A stretch of 62,000 nucleotides of DNA, taken from contig NZ_JMCB01000002.1 in NCBI RefSeq assembly GCF_000737315.1, positions 206,001 to 268,000 of the forward strand, given 5' to 3'. Position numbers and translations under genes: made by a program. This document shows positions 19,101 through 27,500 of the stretch, piece by piece. Numbering within the stretch: the stretch's first letter is position 1; every line of letters starts with the position of its first letter. Source of the DNA: Hyalangium minutum (GTDB taxonomy: Bacteria; Myxococcota; Myxococcia; Myxococcales; Myxococcaceae). Under the pieces are notes generated by a model. That model searched no databases and had not been told where the DNA came from. It saw nothing but the letters and a program-made list of their open reading frames with translations.

Positions 19101-19842
19101 CGTAGATGGGGACCACGATGCGCAGCCGGGACGTCAGCTCGTCGATGCGCTCGCGCAGCCGCTGGCCCAGCTCGCCTGCGGCCTGGGGATCTGCGCCCAT
19201 CAGCTCGCTCACGCTCACCGTCACGACGAGCCCATTGAGGGGCCGATAGGGCCGGTGCTTGCCCAGGGTGTCCAGGAACGAGATCCACTCATCCCGGTCT
19301 TCTTCCGACTCGACATAGCGGCCCGCCGCGTCCAGGAACACCGCGTCATTGGTGAGCCACCAGTCGCAGTGACGTGTCGGGCTCACACTTCGCCCGTTCC
19401 CACCGCCCCGGTTGGAAAGGTAAGGGAACTTCAGCCCAGAGTTGCGCAGGGCGGTGCTCTTGCCCGACTCGGTGGAGCCGATGACGAGGTACCACGGCAA
19501 AACCGTGAGCGCGTCCCGCCCACCTCGAGCGAGCTTGGACGTCTTCAGCGACGAGATGGCACGGGAGAACTCGGCCTGCATGGCCTCGATCTCCGGGCGG
19601 GCCTCGGTGCGAGGAGCTGCCTTGGCTGGCTGCGGCGCTGAGGCCTCCGGAGGCTTCTGTTCAGCCTGCTCGGCTTTCTTCCTCGCGGCGCGGGCGCGCC
19701 AGCGGCGGACCATGGAGACGATCAGTGCAAAGAACAACGTCACAGCCGTAGCGGCCAGTCCCAGCCAGACAGGTTGATGGAAGTACCAGGTGCCTCCCCA
19801 GATGAGGCCCAACAGCAGTGTGATGAGGAAGAAGAACTTCAT
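16141..19842 (-). CDS. tssM: T6SS membrane complex subunit TssM (IcmF)
   Basis: N-terminal TM helices, LPWYLVIGSTESGKST Walker A, CDWWLTNDAVFLDAAGRY, RPLNGLVVTV, PIYVMITKCDLLTGF, RGVYFTSG, C-terminal GEWGLFRLL. Confidence 0.97.
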   Translation of the reverse strand: MKFFFLITLLLGLIWGGTWYFHQPVWLGLAATAVTLFFALIVSMVRRWRARAARKKAEQAEQKPPEASAPQPAKAAPRTEARPEIEAMQAEFSRAISSLKTSKLARGGRDALTVLPWYLVIGSTESGKSTALRNSGLKFPYLSNRGGGNGRSVSPTRHCDWWLTNDAVFLDAAGRYVESEEDRDEWISFLDTLGKHRPYRPLNGLVVTVSVSELMGADPQAAGELGQRLRERIDELTSRLRIVVPIYVMITKCDLLTGFVEMFADLPRSERGQIWGFTVPLTAQPEAPTELLLKRFDELTAILEQRSVRRIGQERRLEARERIYQFPHSVHAIRKNLTEFIQPLFMENVFQDTPIMRGVYFTSGSQEHRVTDPRASASSSEPTLAAPRVNPEQTSESRSFFLWDVFTKVMFQDQKLAVISSMEEIRRRKRRYAVAGACLAFTVALLTLPTISFFKNRQMLRKVRDTIVAVKLETNDDISRIQELSPLQQHLADLNRHRVEGVPLWLRLGLYKGDQLFALAQSFYNSQLKWLLLGRQHDRIRQNLELFAQNQDRVDWKPSNESYGKHFDDLKMYLLITYLTDSPNPAYPRPPNEPPLDESHQAWIVKQMLRHWEDIRDRNGEVSLEQAITRHAQTYIAMLAADPLQLAFSRDERVVISARRALNRVPLATLELERIVSQANREYPGVSLGDSVGAVPFMRATKRVNGAFTRLAWEEWVRARMDSAFQGSEAWVLNRDSRENEEANRAELRTRYYQQYIQEWTDFLYSVRVEEPKDWSQTELLLESLTRGKPAPIGKLFRTLAYNVHLESPKVASGNTLSALISKALNKPAGTSATEEGPARLVDPESSIGETELTPAAVEKNFSPILAFITKTSATDDGEEKLTQLDSYQDQLNLVLTTLKEVRDKPNEAMVLIEKITSTRNTVSLLIQSQEGAHAVFEQILLPPLKQVGTVVRRDVAEKKSRKWCDEIFGPFVSLMANRYPFNKDSLLDAPLPEFTQFLHPSTGTVRKFLQTQLSEEVLPDGRRHVFAVKTAPGMGLYKDELLTYLERINNLAMTLFPGDTQEPLVRFMVRMRPGTAADSAPSEIASITLTLDGSEELYRNGPDDRWRAMTWPGPAGKLGAHIHIVSTSGNTADLDAPGEWGLFRLLERAKKIEPSTDGRFFTATWEVPDLNNAQISIDLRPERLANPFFGTSGSNTSRLLQIFRDPRLVPPAGISQAVQGCPPPIVTAKTSP

Positions 19843-19844
19843 GA

Positions 19845-20537
19845 CTACTGCCCCCCCTTCGCGACGGTGGCCATGTGAAGCTCGATGTCGTGGAGCATGG
19901 TGGAGGCAGTACGATCGAGGGCGAGATAGAGGCCCCCATAGAAGAGGAGTGCCACGGCGACAGCCGCGAAGGCTGCGGAGGTGAGCGAGAGCCGGCGCTT
20001 GGCCAGGGCGAGGTTCTCGGACGGGCGGTCACCGTGAGGAGCAAGCAAGTCGAAGTCGAACGGCTGGGCTCGTTCCAGGTCCTTCTGGATGCTGTCAATG
20101 AGGCTCATCAGCTCCAGCTCGCCCCCTCGGATGCGGTAGCGACCCTGAAAGCCGAACAACAGACACAGGTAATAGACCCGGAGGACCTCGGCGCGGTGGG
20201 GATCCTTGCGGATGGCATTGACGCGGTTGAAGAAGCTGTCGCCGGCGACGGTCTCGTGGAAGTAGTGGAGTTGCAGCAGGTTGCTCATCCAGAACTGCCG
20301 GTACTGCTCGGGCTTGTTGAGGACGATGTCGTCCATCAGCGCCACGAGGGCGTAGCCCATGTCCTGTGCGTCCTGATGGCTGAACCCCAGCACCGCCGCG
20401 CGCCGGAGCACTTCGTCGATGACACCGCGGAGCCGGTGGTTCAGCACTTCCGGAGGGGGAATCTCAGCGGCCTCCGCGTGGCGGAGCCGGATGATGGTGT
20501 CGAAGCAGTCCTTCGTGGCCTCGTTGACTCGATCCAT
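19845..20537 (-). CDS. tssL: T6SS membrane subunit TssL (DotU), without OmpA extension
   Basis: YALVALMDDIVL, LQLHYF, AGDSFF, VYYLCLLFGFQGRY and a C-terminal TM helix. Confidence 0.95.
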   Translation of the reverse strand: MDRVNEATKDCFDTIIRLRHAEAAEIPPPEVLNHRLRGVIDEVLRRAAVLGFSHQDAQDMGYALVALMDDIVLNKPEQYRQFWMSNLLQLHYFHETVAGDSFFNRVNAIRKDPHRAEVLRVYYLCLLFGFQGRYRIRGGELELMSLIDSIQKDLERAQPFDFDLLAPHGDRPSENLALAKRRLSLTSAAFAAVAVALLFYGGLYLALDRTASTMLHDIELHMATVAKGGQ

Positions 20538-20570
20538 GACAGTTCCAGGGAGCTTTCAGGCAAAAGAGGC

Positions 20571-21935
20571 TCAGCGGCCCACGTTGGGCACGGCGAGCAG
20601 TTCGATGGAGGTTTGGCTGGAGTTGAAAGGGTGCGGCAGGTAGAGGGCCACGGCATGCTCGCGCAGCACGTTCCTCCAGCCAGCGTCCTGAGTGAGGGTG
20701 AAGTAGGAGGCCCCCGGGCGGATGGGCACTTCCGGTGGAGGCCGGTAGGTGACCTGCAGGGGGATGCCCTGGCTGGTGGCCTGCACCAGTCCCTGGATTT
20801 CCGACCAGCTTCCCAGCTTCGAGAGCTTGGGCAGTTGATCGACGATGGTCTGCTCCGGCAGCTCGCTCCGGACCATGATCAGGAACTGGCCGCAGCGGTC
20901 GATCCGCTCATCCTCCAGCTTGGCCCGGTAGAGCCCGTCCGCTCCCCGCTCCAGCGGTACGGTGATGCACTGCTCCAGTGCCACGGAGCGCATCAGCTCC
21001 GTCAGGCGGCGAAACAGCTCTTCGAAGGTGACGCGGAGGTTGGTGAACTGAAAGGGCGGCATGACCGAAGGGTCAGCCTCCGCCGAGAATGTGCAGAGCT
21101 GCCCTCCGAGCCGGCTCAGCATGAGGTAGAGATCATGCGGGCGCATGTTCCCGGCCTCGATCACGTGAGACAGGAACGGGATGACGCCATTAAGGGCGTG
21201 CAGTTCCAGGAAGAGCGTGACGTCCGAGGCCGTGAACTCGAGCGAGGACTCATCCCGGTGCCGCCGCCGCGTGGCGATCTGCCGCTGCTTGGAGACGATG
21301 AGCCGCAGCAACGAGCGCAGCTCGCTCATGATGTACGGAGAGGCGCCGATGCGCAGGCACGGAGGGATGTAGGTGTCGACGAGCACCAAGCTCCCTGACT
21401 TGTCGCGAGCGAGCTCGGCGATCTTCAGCGCATCGAAGTCATCCCGGGGCTCATCGCCGAACAGGAGCTTCATGTTCCGCTGCGCGAAGGAGATATGGAT
21501 GACGGAGGTAGACGCGTGCAGGTCACCCACGGGGCGGCTGCGAGGCGAGAAGCGAGGGCTTGCGCCCAGCTTGCCCGCGGCGCCGTAGCTCTCCACGTCG
21601 CTGCGCTCCTTGGGGATGCCGAGGTAGACCTCAAGCAGCTGCTGCGTCGGCCGGAAGTGCCCCTCCACGGGCCGGGCCGCGGGGGACTCCTCGTGACCAG
21701 CCTCGAAGCCAACGGAGAGCCCGTCCGGCAGGATGCCGAAGAACTCGAGGAGGCTGACCTGGCCTGCGCGCAGAGCTTCCATGTCGAACTGCATGGAGGC
21801 CACGCCCCAGGGATAGAGGCACACCGAGCTCAGGCGGGTCTCCACGAGGGACTCGTGGTAGAGGTCCAGCTGCTGCATGTGGTGGGGACTCATGAACATC
21901 CCCTCGGACCAGATGATGCGCTGCGGGGCCTTCAT
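20571..21935 (-). CDS. tssK: T6SS baseplate subunit TssK
   Basis: RIIWSEGMFMSPHHMQQLD, YPWGV, GILPDG, YIPPCL motifs. Confidence 0.97.
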   Translation of the reverse strand: MKAPQRIIWSEGMFMSPHHMQQLDLYHESLVETRLSSVCLYPWGVASMQFDMEALRAGQVSLLEFFGILPDGLSVGFEAGHEESPAARPVEGHFRPTQQLLEVYLGIPKERSDVESYGAAGKLGASPRFSPRSRPVGDLHASTSVIHISFAQRNMKLLFGDEPRDDFDALKIAELARDKSGSLVLVDTYIPPCLRIGASPYIMSELRSLLRLIVSKQRQIATRRRHRDESSLEFTASDVTLFLELHALNGVIPFLSHVIEAGNMRPHDLYLMLSRLGGQLCTFSAEADPSVMPPFQFTNLRVTFEELFRRLTELMRSVALEQCITVPLERGADGLYRAKLEDERIDRCGQFLIMVRSELPEQTIVDQLPKLSKLGSWSEIQGLVQATSQGIPLQVTYRPPPEVPIRPGASYFTLTQDAGWRNVLREHAVALYLPHPFNSSQTSIELLAVPNVGR

Positions 21936-22519
21936 GGCGTTCTCCTCGAAGGCCGCAGGTAGTCGATCTGGTAGCCCTGAAGCTTGAAGCGGAGCTGGGT
22001 GTCCAGCGGGGTCGCGTCATCGCCGCGGTCACCTGCTGGCTGCTCCTCGCATTGGCTGGGAGGCACGGGCGGCAGCTTGGCGACGGCCAGCCACGCGTAG
22101 CCGAGCGGCTGGCGGAAGAGGCCCACCGCTGCCACGTACTGCGCCTTGGGATCCCGCTGTACCCAGTGCTTCACCACATCGCCGGCCGGGACAACGAACT
22201 CGGCTGTCTGCAGCAGATCCTCTCCCAGCAAGCTCTTGGGGTCGGACCAGAGCTTTTGAAAGCTTGCACGCTCCAACTTGACGCTGTCCTTGATCTGGAG
22301 GAACTGGACCACCGTTGGGAGCGCCCGGCCATAGGCGTCTGGGTTGACGCGCTCCGCCGCCTCGAGCTTGGCAAGGAAAGGAGGAGGTGTATCGCAGGCG
22401 GAGGCCTTGCTCAGAGCGCAGCCAGGGAGGGTTAGTAGCGCGCAGACGGCCGTCGTCCTCTTGAGGGAATACCTCTGGAGAGGAACTCGCCGTGCGTGAT
22501 CACAGCCATGGTTCGACAT
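21932..22519 (-). CDS. tssJ: T6SS outer-membrane lipoprotein TssJ
   Basis: Lipobox LTLPGC, VNPDAYGRALPTVVQFLQIK, YVAAVGLFR. Stop overlaps the tssK start (ATGA). Start codon uncertain. Confidence 0.88.
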   Translation of the reverse strand: MSNHGCDHARRVPLQRYSLKRTTAVCALLTLPGCALSKASACDTPPPFLAKLEAAERVNPDAYGRALPTVVQFLQIKDSVKLERASFQKLWSDPKSLLGEDLLQTAEFVVPAGDVVKHWVQRDPKAQYVAAVGLFRQPLGYAWLAVAKLPPVPPSQCEEQPAGDRGDDATPLDTQLRFKLQGYQIDYLRPSRRTP

Positions 22520-22769
22520 GCCACCACTCGTCAGGTGAAATGGAGAGAGCCCAGCAGTGGGCGGTATGGGCCCTTGGGAAAAGTTCCCCGACCAACTCAA
22601 CGCGGGGAGGGATAGCCCAATCGCTCACACTTGTGAGTACCACCTAAGTGGTAACCCCATTCACAGGGGCATCAGGTACCACTGCCAAGAAGCAGGATTC
22701 GAGCATCCCCTATCCGATCACGTGGCTGGTAACACCTTATCCAGCCGTGATCTTGCTGCGAGGAGTTGC
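22520..22769. promoter_or_regulatory. Divergent promoter region shared by the T6SS operon and the OmpA-adhesin-kinase cluster
   Basis: Relatively AT-rich gap between divergent starts. Contains adjacent perfect palindromes CTCACA-CT-TGTGAG (22624-22637) and TACCAC-CTAA-GTGGTA (22638-22653). Confidence 0.6.
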
Positions 22770-24563
22770 ATGCAACAGAGCAGGCTTGCCCGGACAGTGT
22801 ACGGGATCGCGATCATCCTGGCTTCATCGATGGCGTTCGCTCAGGAGCCGGAGCGGCTGGTCGGCTTTGAACTGGAGCGGCTGGATGTCAATCCTGCCGC
22901 CACAGGCTCGCTGGTGCAGGGGACAGGGGAGCTGATGCCGACCGGAGACTACCGTTTCTCCGCGATCAGCCATTACCAGCACAACCCGCTGATGTTCTCG
23001 CGTAGGGGGCAGGTGCTGCCCATCGTGGGGAGCCGTACCACTCTGCTCTTGGCGGCGGCATACGCACCGTTCTCATGGCTTGAGATGGGTGTGCAGCTCC
23101 CGCTGGTAGCGTTCCAGACGGGGGCTGATCTGAAGGAAGAGGGGATCGATCGGCTCTCCTCCTTCGGGCTCGGCACCCCTCTGGTGAGCGCAAGGATGAG
23201 GCTGTTCTCCCAACTGGATGGCGCCCTGGGCGATCTGGCGCTGGAGATGGGCGTGGGGGCACCGGTCGGCGGTTCTCACGGGCTGACTCGGGATGCGGGG
23301 CCGCGCTATGCGCCGCGGCTCATGATCGGCCGGCGGTTCGGCTGGTTCAGGGTGGCGCTGGACTCGAGGATGGTGGTGCGTCCGGAGATTAAACCCTACG
23401 CGGATCGGGAGTTTGTCCGTGGTCCCATGGGGAACGAGGCTCAGGTGGGGCTCGTGCTGGCGACGGTGGGCCAGCGTATGCGCTGGGAGTTGGACGTACG
23501 GGGCACGGTTCCGCTCGTGGAGCAGCCCAGCTCTGTGGAGCTCTTGCTGGGGCCTCGATACCTGGTCAATCCAGCGGTGGAGGTGTTTGCACTGGCCGGT
23601 GTAGGAGGGGGTTCGGCGCCCGGTATCCCTCTGTTCCGAGTGATGCTGGGAGCGGCGTTCGGCAAGGTCATCCCGCCCCGCTTGTCAGATGAATCGGCGG
23701 TGAACTGCTCTCCGGCACTGGACCACACCGTGGAGGAGTGCCCGGACCTGGATGAGGACGAGGACGGCGTTCCCAACGGGGTGGACCAGTGTGATGACGA
23801 GGCGGGGCCCGCGGATCGTTTGGGCTGCCCTCGGAAGGACAGCGACAACGATGGCATTGAGGACAAGCTCGACGCGTGCCCAGAAGTACTAGGAGTGGCG
23901 GCTTGGCAGGGCTGTCCGATGCCGGACCAGGACAAGGATGGGATTGAGGACGAGAGAGACGTGTGTCCATCCGAGCCCGGGCCCGAGAAATCGCGCGGGT
24001 GTCCGCTCAAAGACCGGGACCAAGATGGCGTCGAGGACGATGTGGACCAGTGCCCGGATCTGGCGGGGCCTGAGGAACGTCAGGGCTGCCCAGAGTCGGA
24101 TCTGGACAAGGACAACATCGCCAACGTGTTGGACACCTGCGCGAAGGAGGCAGGCCCTGAGAGCAACCAAGGGTGCCCCGCGCATGAAGTGCCGCGGGTG
24201 AAGCTGACGCGGAAACAGATCGAACTGACGGAGAAGATCCTCTTCATCCCAGGGCAGCCACGAATCCGGCCCGAGTCTTTCGAGGTTCTCCGTTGGGTCT
24301 CGAAGGTGATCCTCGAGCACCCAGACCTGCCGATGATCGTGGTCGGCGCGCACACGGACGACCGGGGGAACGCGCTCGACAACCTGCGGCTGACGCAGGG
24401 CCGGGCGGACGCTGTCAGAGAGTTCCTTATCGAGCGTGGGGTCGCACCCGAGCGGCTCCAAGCCAAGGGCTACGGACAGGAGCGGCCCGTTGCCAGTAAT
24501 GCCACGTCCATCGGACGTGAGAACAACCGACGCATCGAATTCACCATCGTTATCTCGCAGTAG
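22770..24563 (+). CDS. OmpA-family outer-membrane protein with N-terminal beta-barrel and thrombospondin type-3-like repeats (TraB-like architecture)
   Basis: Signal peptide (..SMAFAQ), amphipathic beta-strands, five DxDxDG(I/V)xDxxDxCP repeats, and an OmpA C-terminal domain (GAHTDDRG, RADAVREFL, GYGQERP, NRRIEF). ATG at 22770 has GAGGAG upstream. Confidence 0.92.
   Translation: MQQSRLARTVYGIAIILASSMAFAQEPERLVGFELERLDVNPAATGSLVQGTGELMPTGDYRFSAISHYQHNPLMFSRRGQVLPIVGSRTTLLLAAAYAPFSWLEMGVQLPLVAFQTGADLKEEGIDRLSSFGLGTPLVSARMRLFSQLDGALGDLALEMGVGAPVGGSHGLTRDAGPRYAPRLMIGRRFGWFRVALDSRMVVRPEIKPYADREFVRGPMGNEAQVGLVLATVGQRMRWELDVRGTVPLVEQPSSVELLLGPRYLVNPAVEVFALAGVGGGSAPGIPLFRVMLGAAFGKVIPPRLSDESAVNCSPALDHTVEECPDLDEDEDGVPNGVDQCDDEAGPADRLGCPRKDSDNDGIEDKLDACPEVLGVAAWQGCPMPDQDKDGIEDERDVCPSEPGPEKSRGCPLKDRDQDGVEDDVDQCPDLAGPEERQGCPESDLDKDNIANVLDTCAKEAGPESNQGCPAHEVPRVKLTRKQIELTEKILFIPGQPRIRPESFEVLRWVSKVILEHPDLPMIVVGAHTDDRGNALDNLRLTQGRADAVREFLIERGVAPERLQAKGYGQERPVASNATSIGRENNRRIEFTIVISQ
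23739..24180 (+). repeat. Five TSP3-like Ca-binding repeats
   Basis: DEDEDGVPNGVDQC, DSDNDGIEDKLDACP, DQDKDGIEDERDVCP, DRDQDGVEDDVDQCP, DLDKDNIANVLDTC. Confidence 0.9.
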
Positions 24564-24594
24564 GTGGAGCTGACAGAGTTACAGGGGGAACCCC

Positions 24595-27500
24595 ATGAGA
24601 AGATCATGCAGCCTGATGTCGCTGGTGGCCCTGGTGTTCTGGGCCTCCACGTCCGCGGCCGAGCCCGACACATTGGGCCTGGGAACCGGACGTGATGGAG
24701 CGCTGATCGTCACGGAGCCGCGAACCGTCATCAATCGCTATGCACAGGTCACGGTACCTCTTGCGACGGGAGACACCGTGCTGTTCGTCTCATCGACAGA
24801 AGGGTTCGCGGCGGGCGACCTGATCATGGTGTTGCAGACGACGGGCATTGTCCCGGAGCCGGCTCAAGGCGCGCCTGGGCCCATCTCGTTGAGCACGGAT
24901 CCTGTGGGCAGGTGGGAACTGGCGCGGGTGAGCTTCGCCGAACGTCAGGAGCTGAAGTTGGGAGCCCCGCTCCTGTACTCCTACGCGGGACTTGTGACCC
25001 AGGTGATCCGCATCCCAGAGTACACGGATGTGAAGGTTGTAGCAGGGGCGAGCCTCGTCGCGGCGCCGTGGGATGGCAGCCAAGGAGGGGTTCTTGCCTT
25101 CCTGGCCAAGGGGCTCATTCAGAACGAGGGGACGCTTCAAGCCAGCGGCGTAGGATTCCGCGGAGGACTGGTGCTTGAGGAGTTCGCTGGCTTCGCCGGG
25201 TGCGCCGCCTTGCCTGCCTCCGTGCGCCCGGGAGCCGGCAGGGGAGAAGGGATCTCGTCCCTGGACTTCGGTGTGTGGGCCACTGGCCTGGAGAATGCGT
25301 CCAACGGCGGTGGTGGTGGTCTCTGCCCCCGAGCGGGAGGGGGGGGAGGGGGGAATGGTGCGGCAGGAGGTCGGGGAGGCGACTCCCTGGTCTATGGCGA
25401 CTCGGCACGGAATATCGGGGGCAAGGGTGGAGCGGGGCTGGTCTATTCCCTGACGGATCACCTGACGCTGGGAGGAGGCGGTGGCCAGGGGTATGGGGGA
25501 GGGAGGCATTCCCAGGGAGGCGCTGGAGGCGGAGCCATCTTCGTGCGCGGGTATCGCCTGGCTGGGAGCGGATCCATTCTGGCGGATGGTGCCGCTGGTG
25601 ATGATGCAACGCAGGGAGGCGCGGGCGGAGGTGGGGCTGGCGGGAGCGTCTACTTGAGGTTCGTGGACTCTGCGGAGTGTGGTTTCATCTCTGCGAGCGG
25701 CGGCAATGGAGGGAGCAGCTCCGCAGGGATTGCGGAGGATGGAGGCGCTGGAGGCGGAGGCGGAGGCGGACGGCTGCTATATCAAGCGGCGAGCACGGGG
25801 GCTTGTCCCATGTCCGTTGAAGCGGGGCTCGCAGGCGGAGTGGCCGGGACAATTTCTGGAATTGTCACGAATGCACAGCCTGCCGCGAGCCAGCTTGTCG
25901 CGCATCGAGGCATCATCACCCGGCTTGAGACGGAATTCGAGCAGTTCGCGAACTGTACTCTCAACGCGCCTGTGTTCACGACGCCGGTGAACAACGGGTA
26001 TGTTAATGCCCAACTCAAGGTGACAGGGTCTGTGTCAGGGTATGGAAGTAACGCCAAGGTCAGGATTTATGTCGGAAGCGACTTGGCAGGGGATGCCACC
26101 CCTAATAGCGGAACGTGGAGCTATACTTTTGCAGTGGGCGTGCTGGAGGACGCTCGTCAGTATACCATCAAAGCTATAGGGGTTTGTGGTAGCAATTCAG
26201 AGGAGAGTTCTAATGCGACGAGCATCAACGTCACGGTTGACACGGCGGTACCGCAGATTGGATGGGTAACGCGGCCGAGCGATCCTTCTCCTGAGCTCAG
26301 GCCTACCCTCTCTTTCAACACGGGAAACCAGGAAGTTTCCGTGAGGTACACGTGTACGCTGGATGGGAGCGCAGGGTTTGGCTGTGGTGTGGGAACCACT
26401 GGACAAGTGGTTTCATATACAGTCGCAGGCACTTTGCTCGATGGTAGCCGTCACACATTCACTGTTAGGGGAACGGATGAAGCGGATAATCCAACCAACG
26501 GCTCCCTCTCCTACTCTTGGACGGTGATATATCCATCAGATACGGTCATCGATCCTCCTCGCCCACCAGATCCTACCAATGTGACGGCTGCGGCCTTCTC
26601 ATTCCATGCGACAAAGGCGGGCGCTACCTTGGAGTGCAGACTCGATGAGAGCGCATGGGCGGCCTGCACCAGCCCCAAGTCGTACTCCGCTCTGGCGGAC
26701 GGCCGCCACACCTTTGAAGTCAAGGCGATGTTGGGGTCGATCGAAGACACCTCGCCCGCCTCCTATTCTTGGGTGGTGGATACGGAATCTCCGGATACCC
26801 GCATTGAGCAGAAGCCCAATGATCCCACGAACAGTACGAGGGCTACGTTCACGTTCAGTTCGCCGGAAGAGGGGTGCAGTTTCGAGTGCAGCCTGAACGG
26901 TGGAGTCTACACATCTTGTCCAAGTCCATGGACCTCTCCAGAACTGGCGGACAGCCGTCACACGCTTTCGGTCAGGGCCAGGGACGCGGCAGGCAATATC
27001 GATCCCTCGCCTGCCACGTATTCCTGGCTCGTTGACTCGACGCCTCCGAATACCGTGTTTGACCAGAAGCCTACCAATCCCAGCAACGTCACGCGGCCCA
27101 CGTTCGCGTTCAGTGCCTCGGAGACGGGAAGCAGCTTCGTGTGTAGCTTGGATTCGGCGGCGTTTACGCCGTGTACGAGTCCAGTGACGACACCTCTTCT
27201 CGCTGAGGGTAGCCACACCTTCGCGGTGAAGGCCACGGATGCGCTAGGTAATACGGCTGCCTCGGCCACGACCTATACCTGGGTGGTGGACATCACCCCC
27301 CCTGACACAATCCTGGGAGATAAACCCACCAATCCTTCCAACGAACCGAGGCCTAGGTTCACGTTTAGCGCCACCGAGACGGGGAGTACCTTCGAGTGCC
27401 GGATGGATCAGGGACTGTACGTAACCTGTTCCAGCCCATGGACCGCTCCATCCCTCACGGATGGAAGCCATACCTTTGAAGTGAGGGCCACGGATGCCGC

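Noticed and set aside
16471-19641. 1056-aa plus-strand ORF antisense to tssM, and similar long shadow ORFs (6030-7736, 11524-13011, 14049-15551, 35344-37284, 49585-51516)
   Set aside because: These are antisense mirrors of GC3-biased genes, which suppress stop codons on the opposite strand. They have no recognisable motifs and fully overlap confident genes.
25300-25780. G-rich runs in the adhesin as G-quadruplex or microsatellite elements
   Set aside because: They are explained by Gly-rich coding (GGN codons) typical of AgmC-like N-terminal regions.
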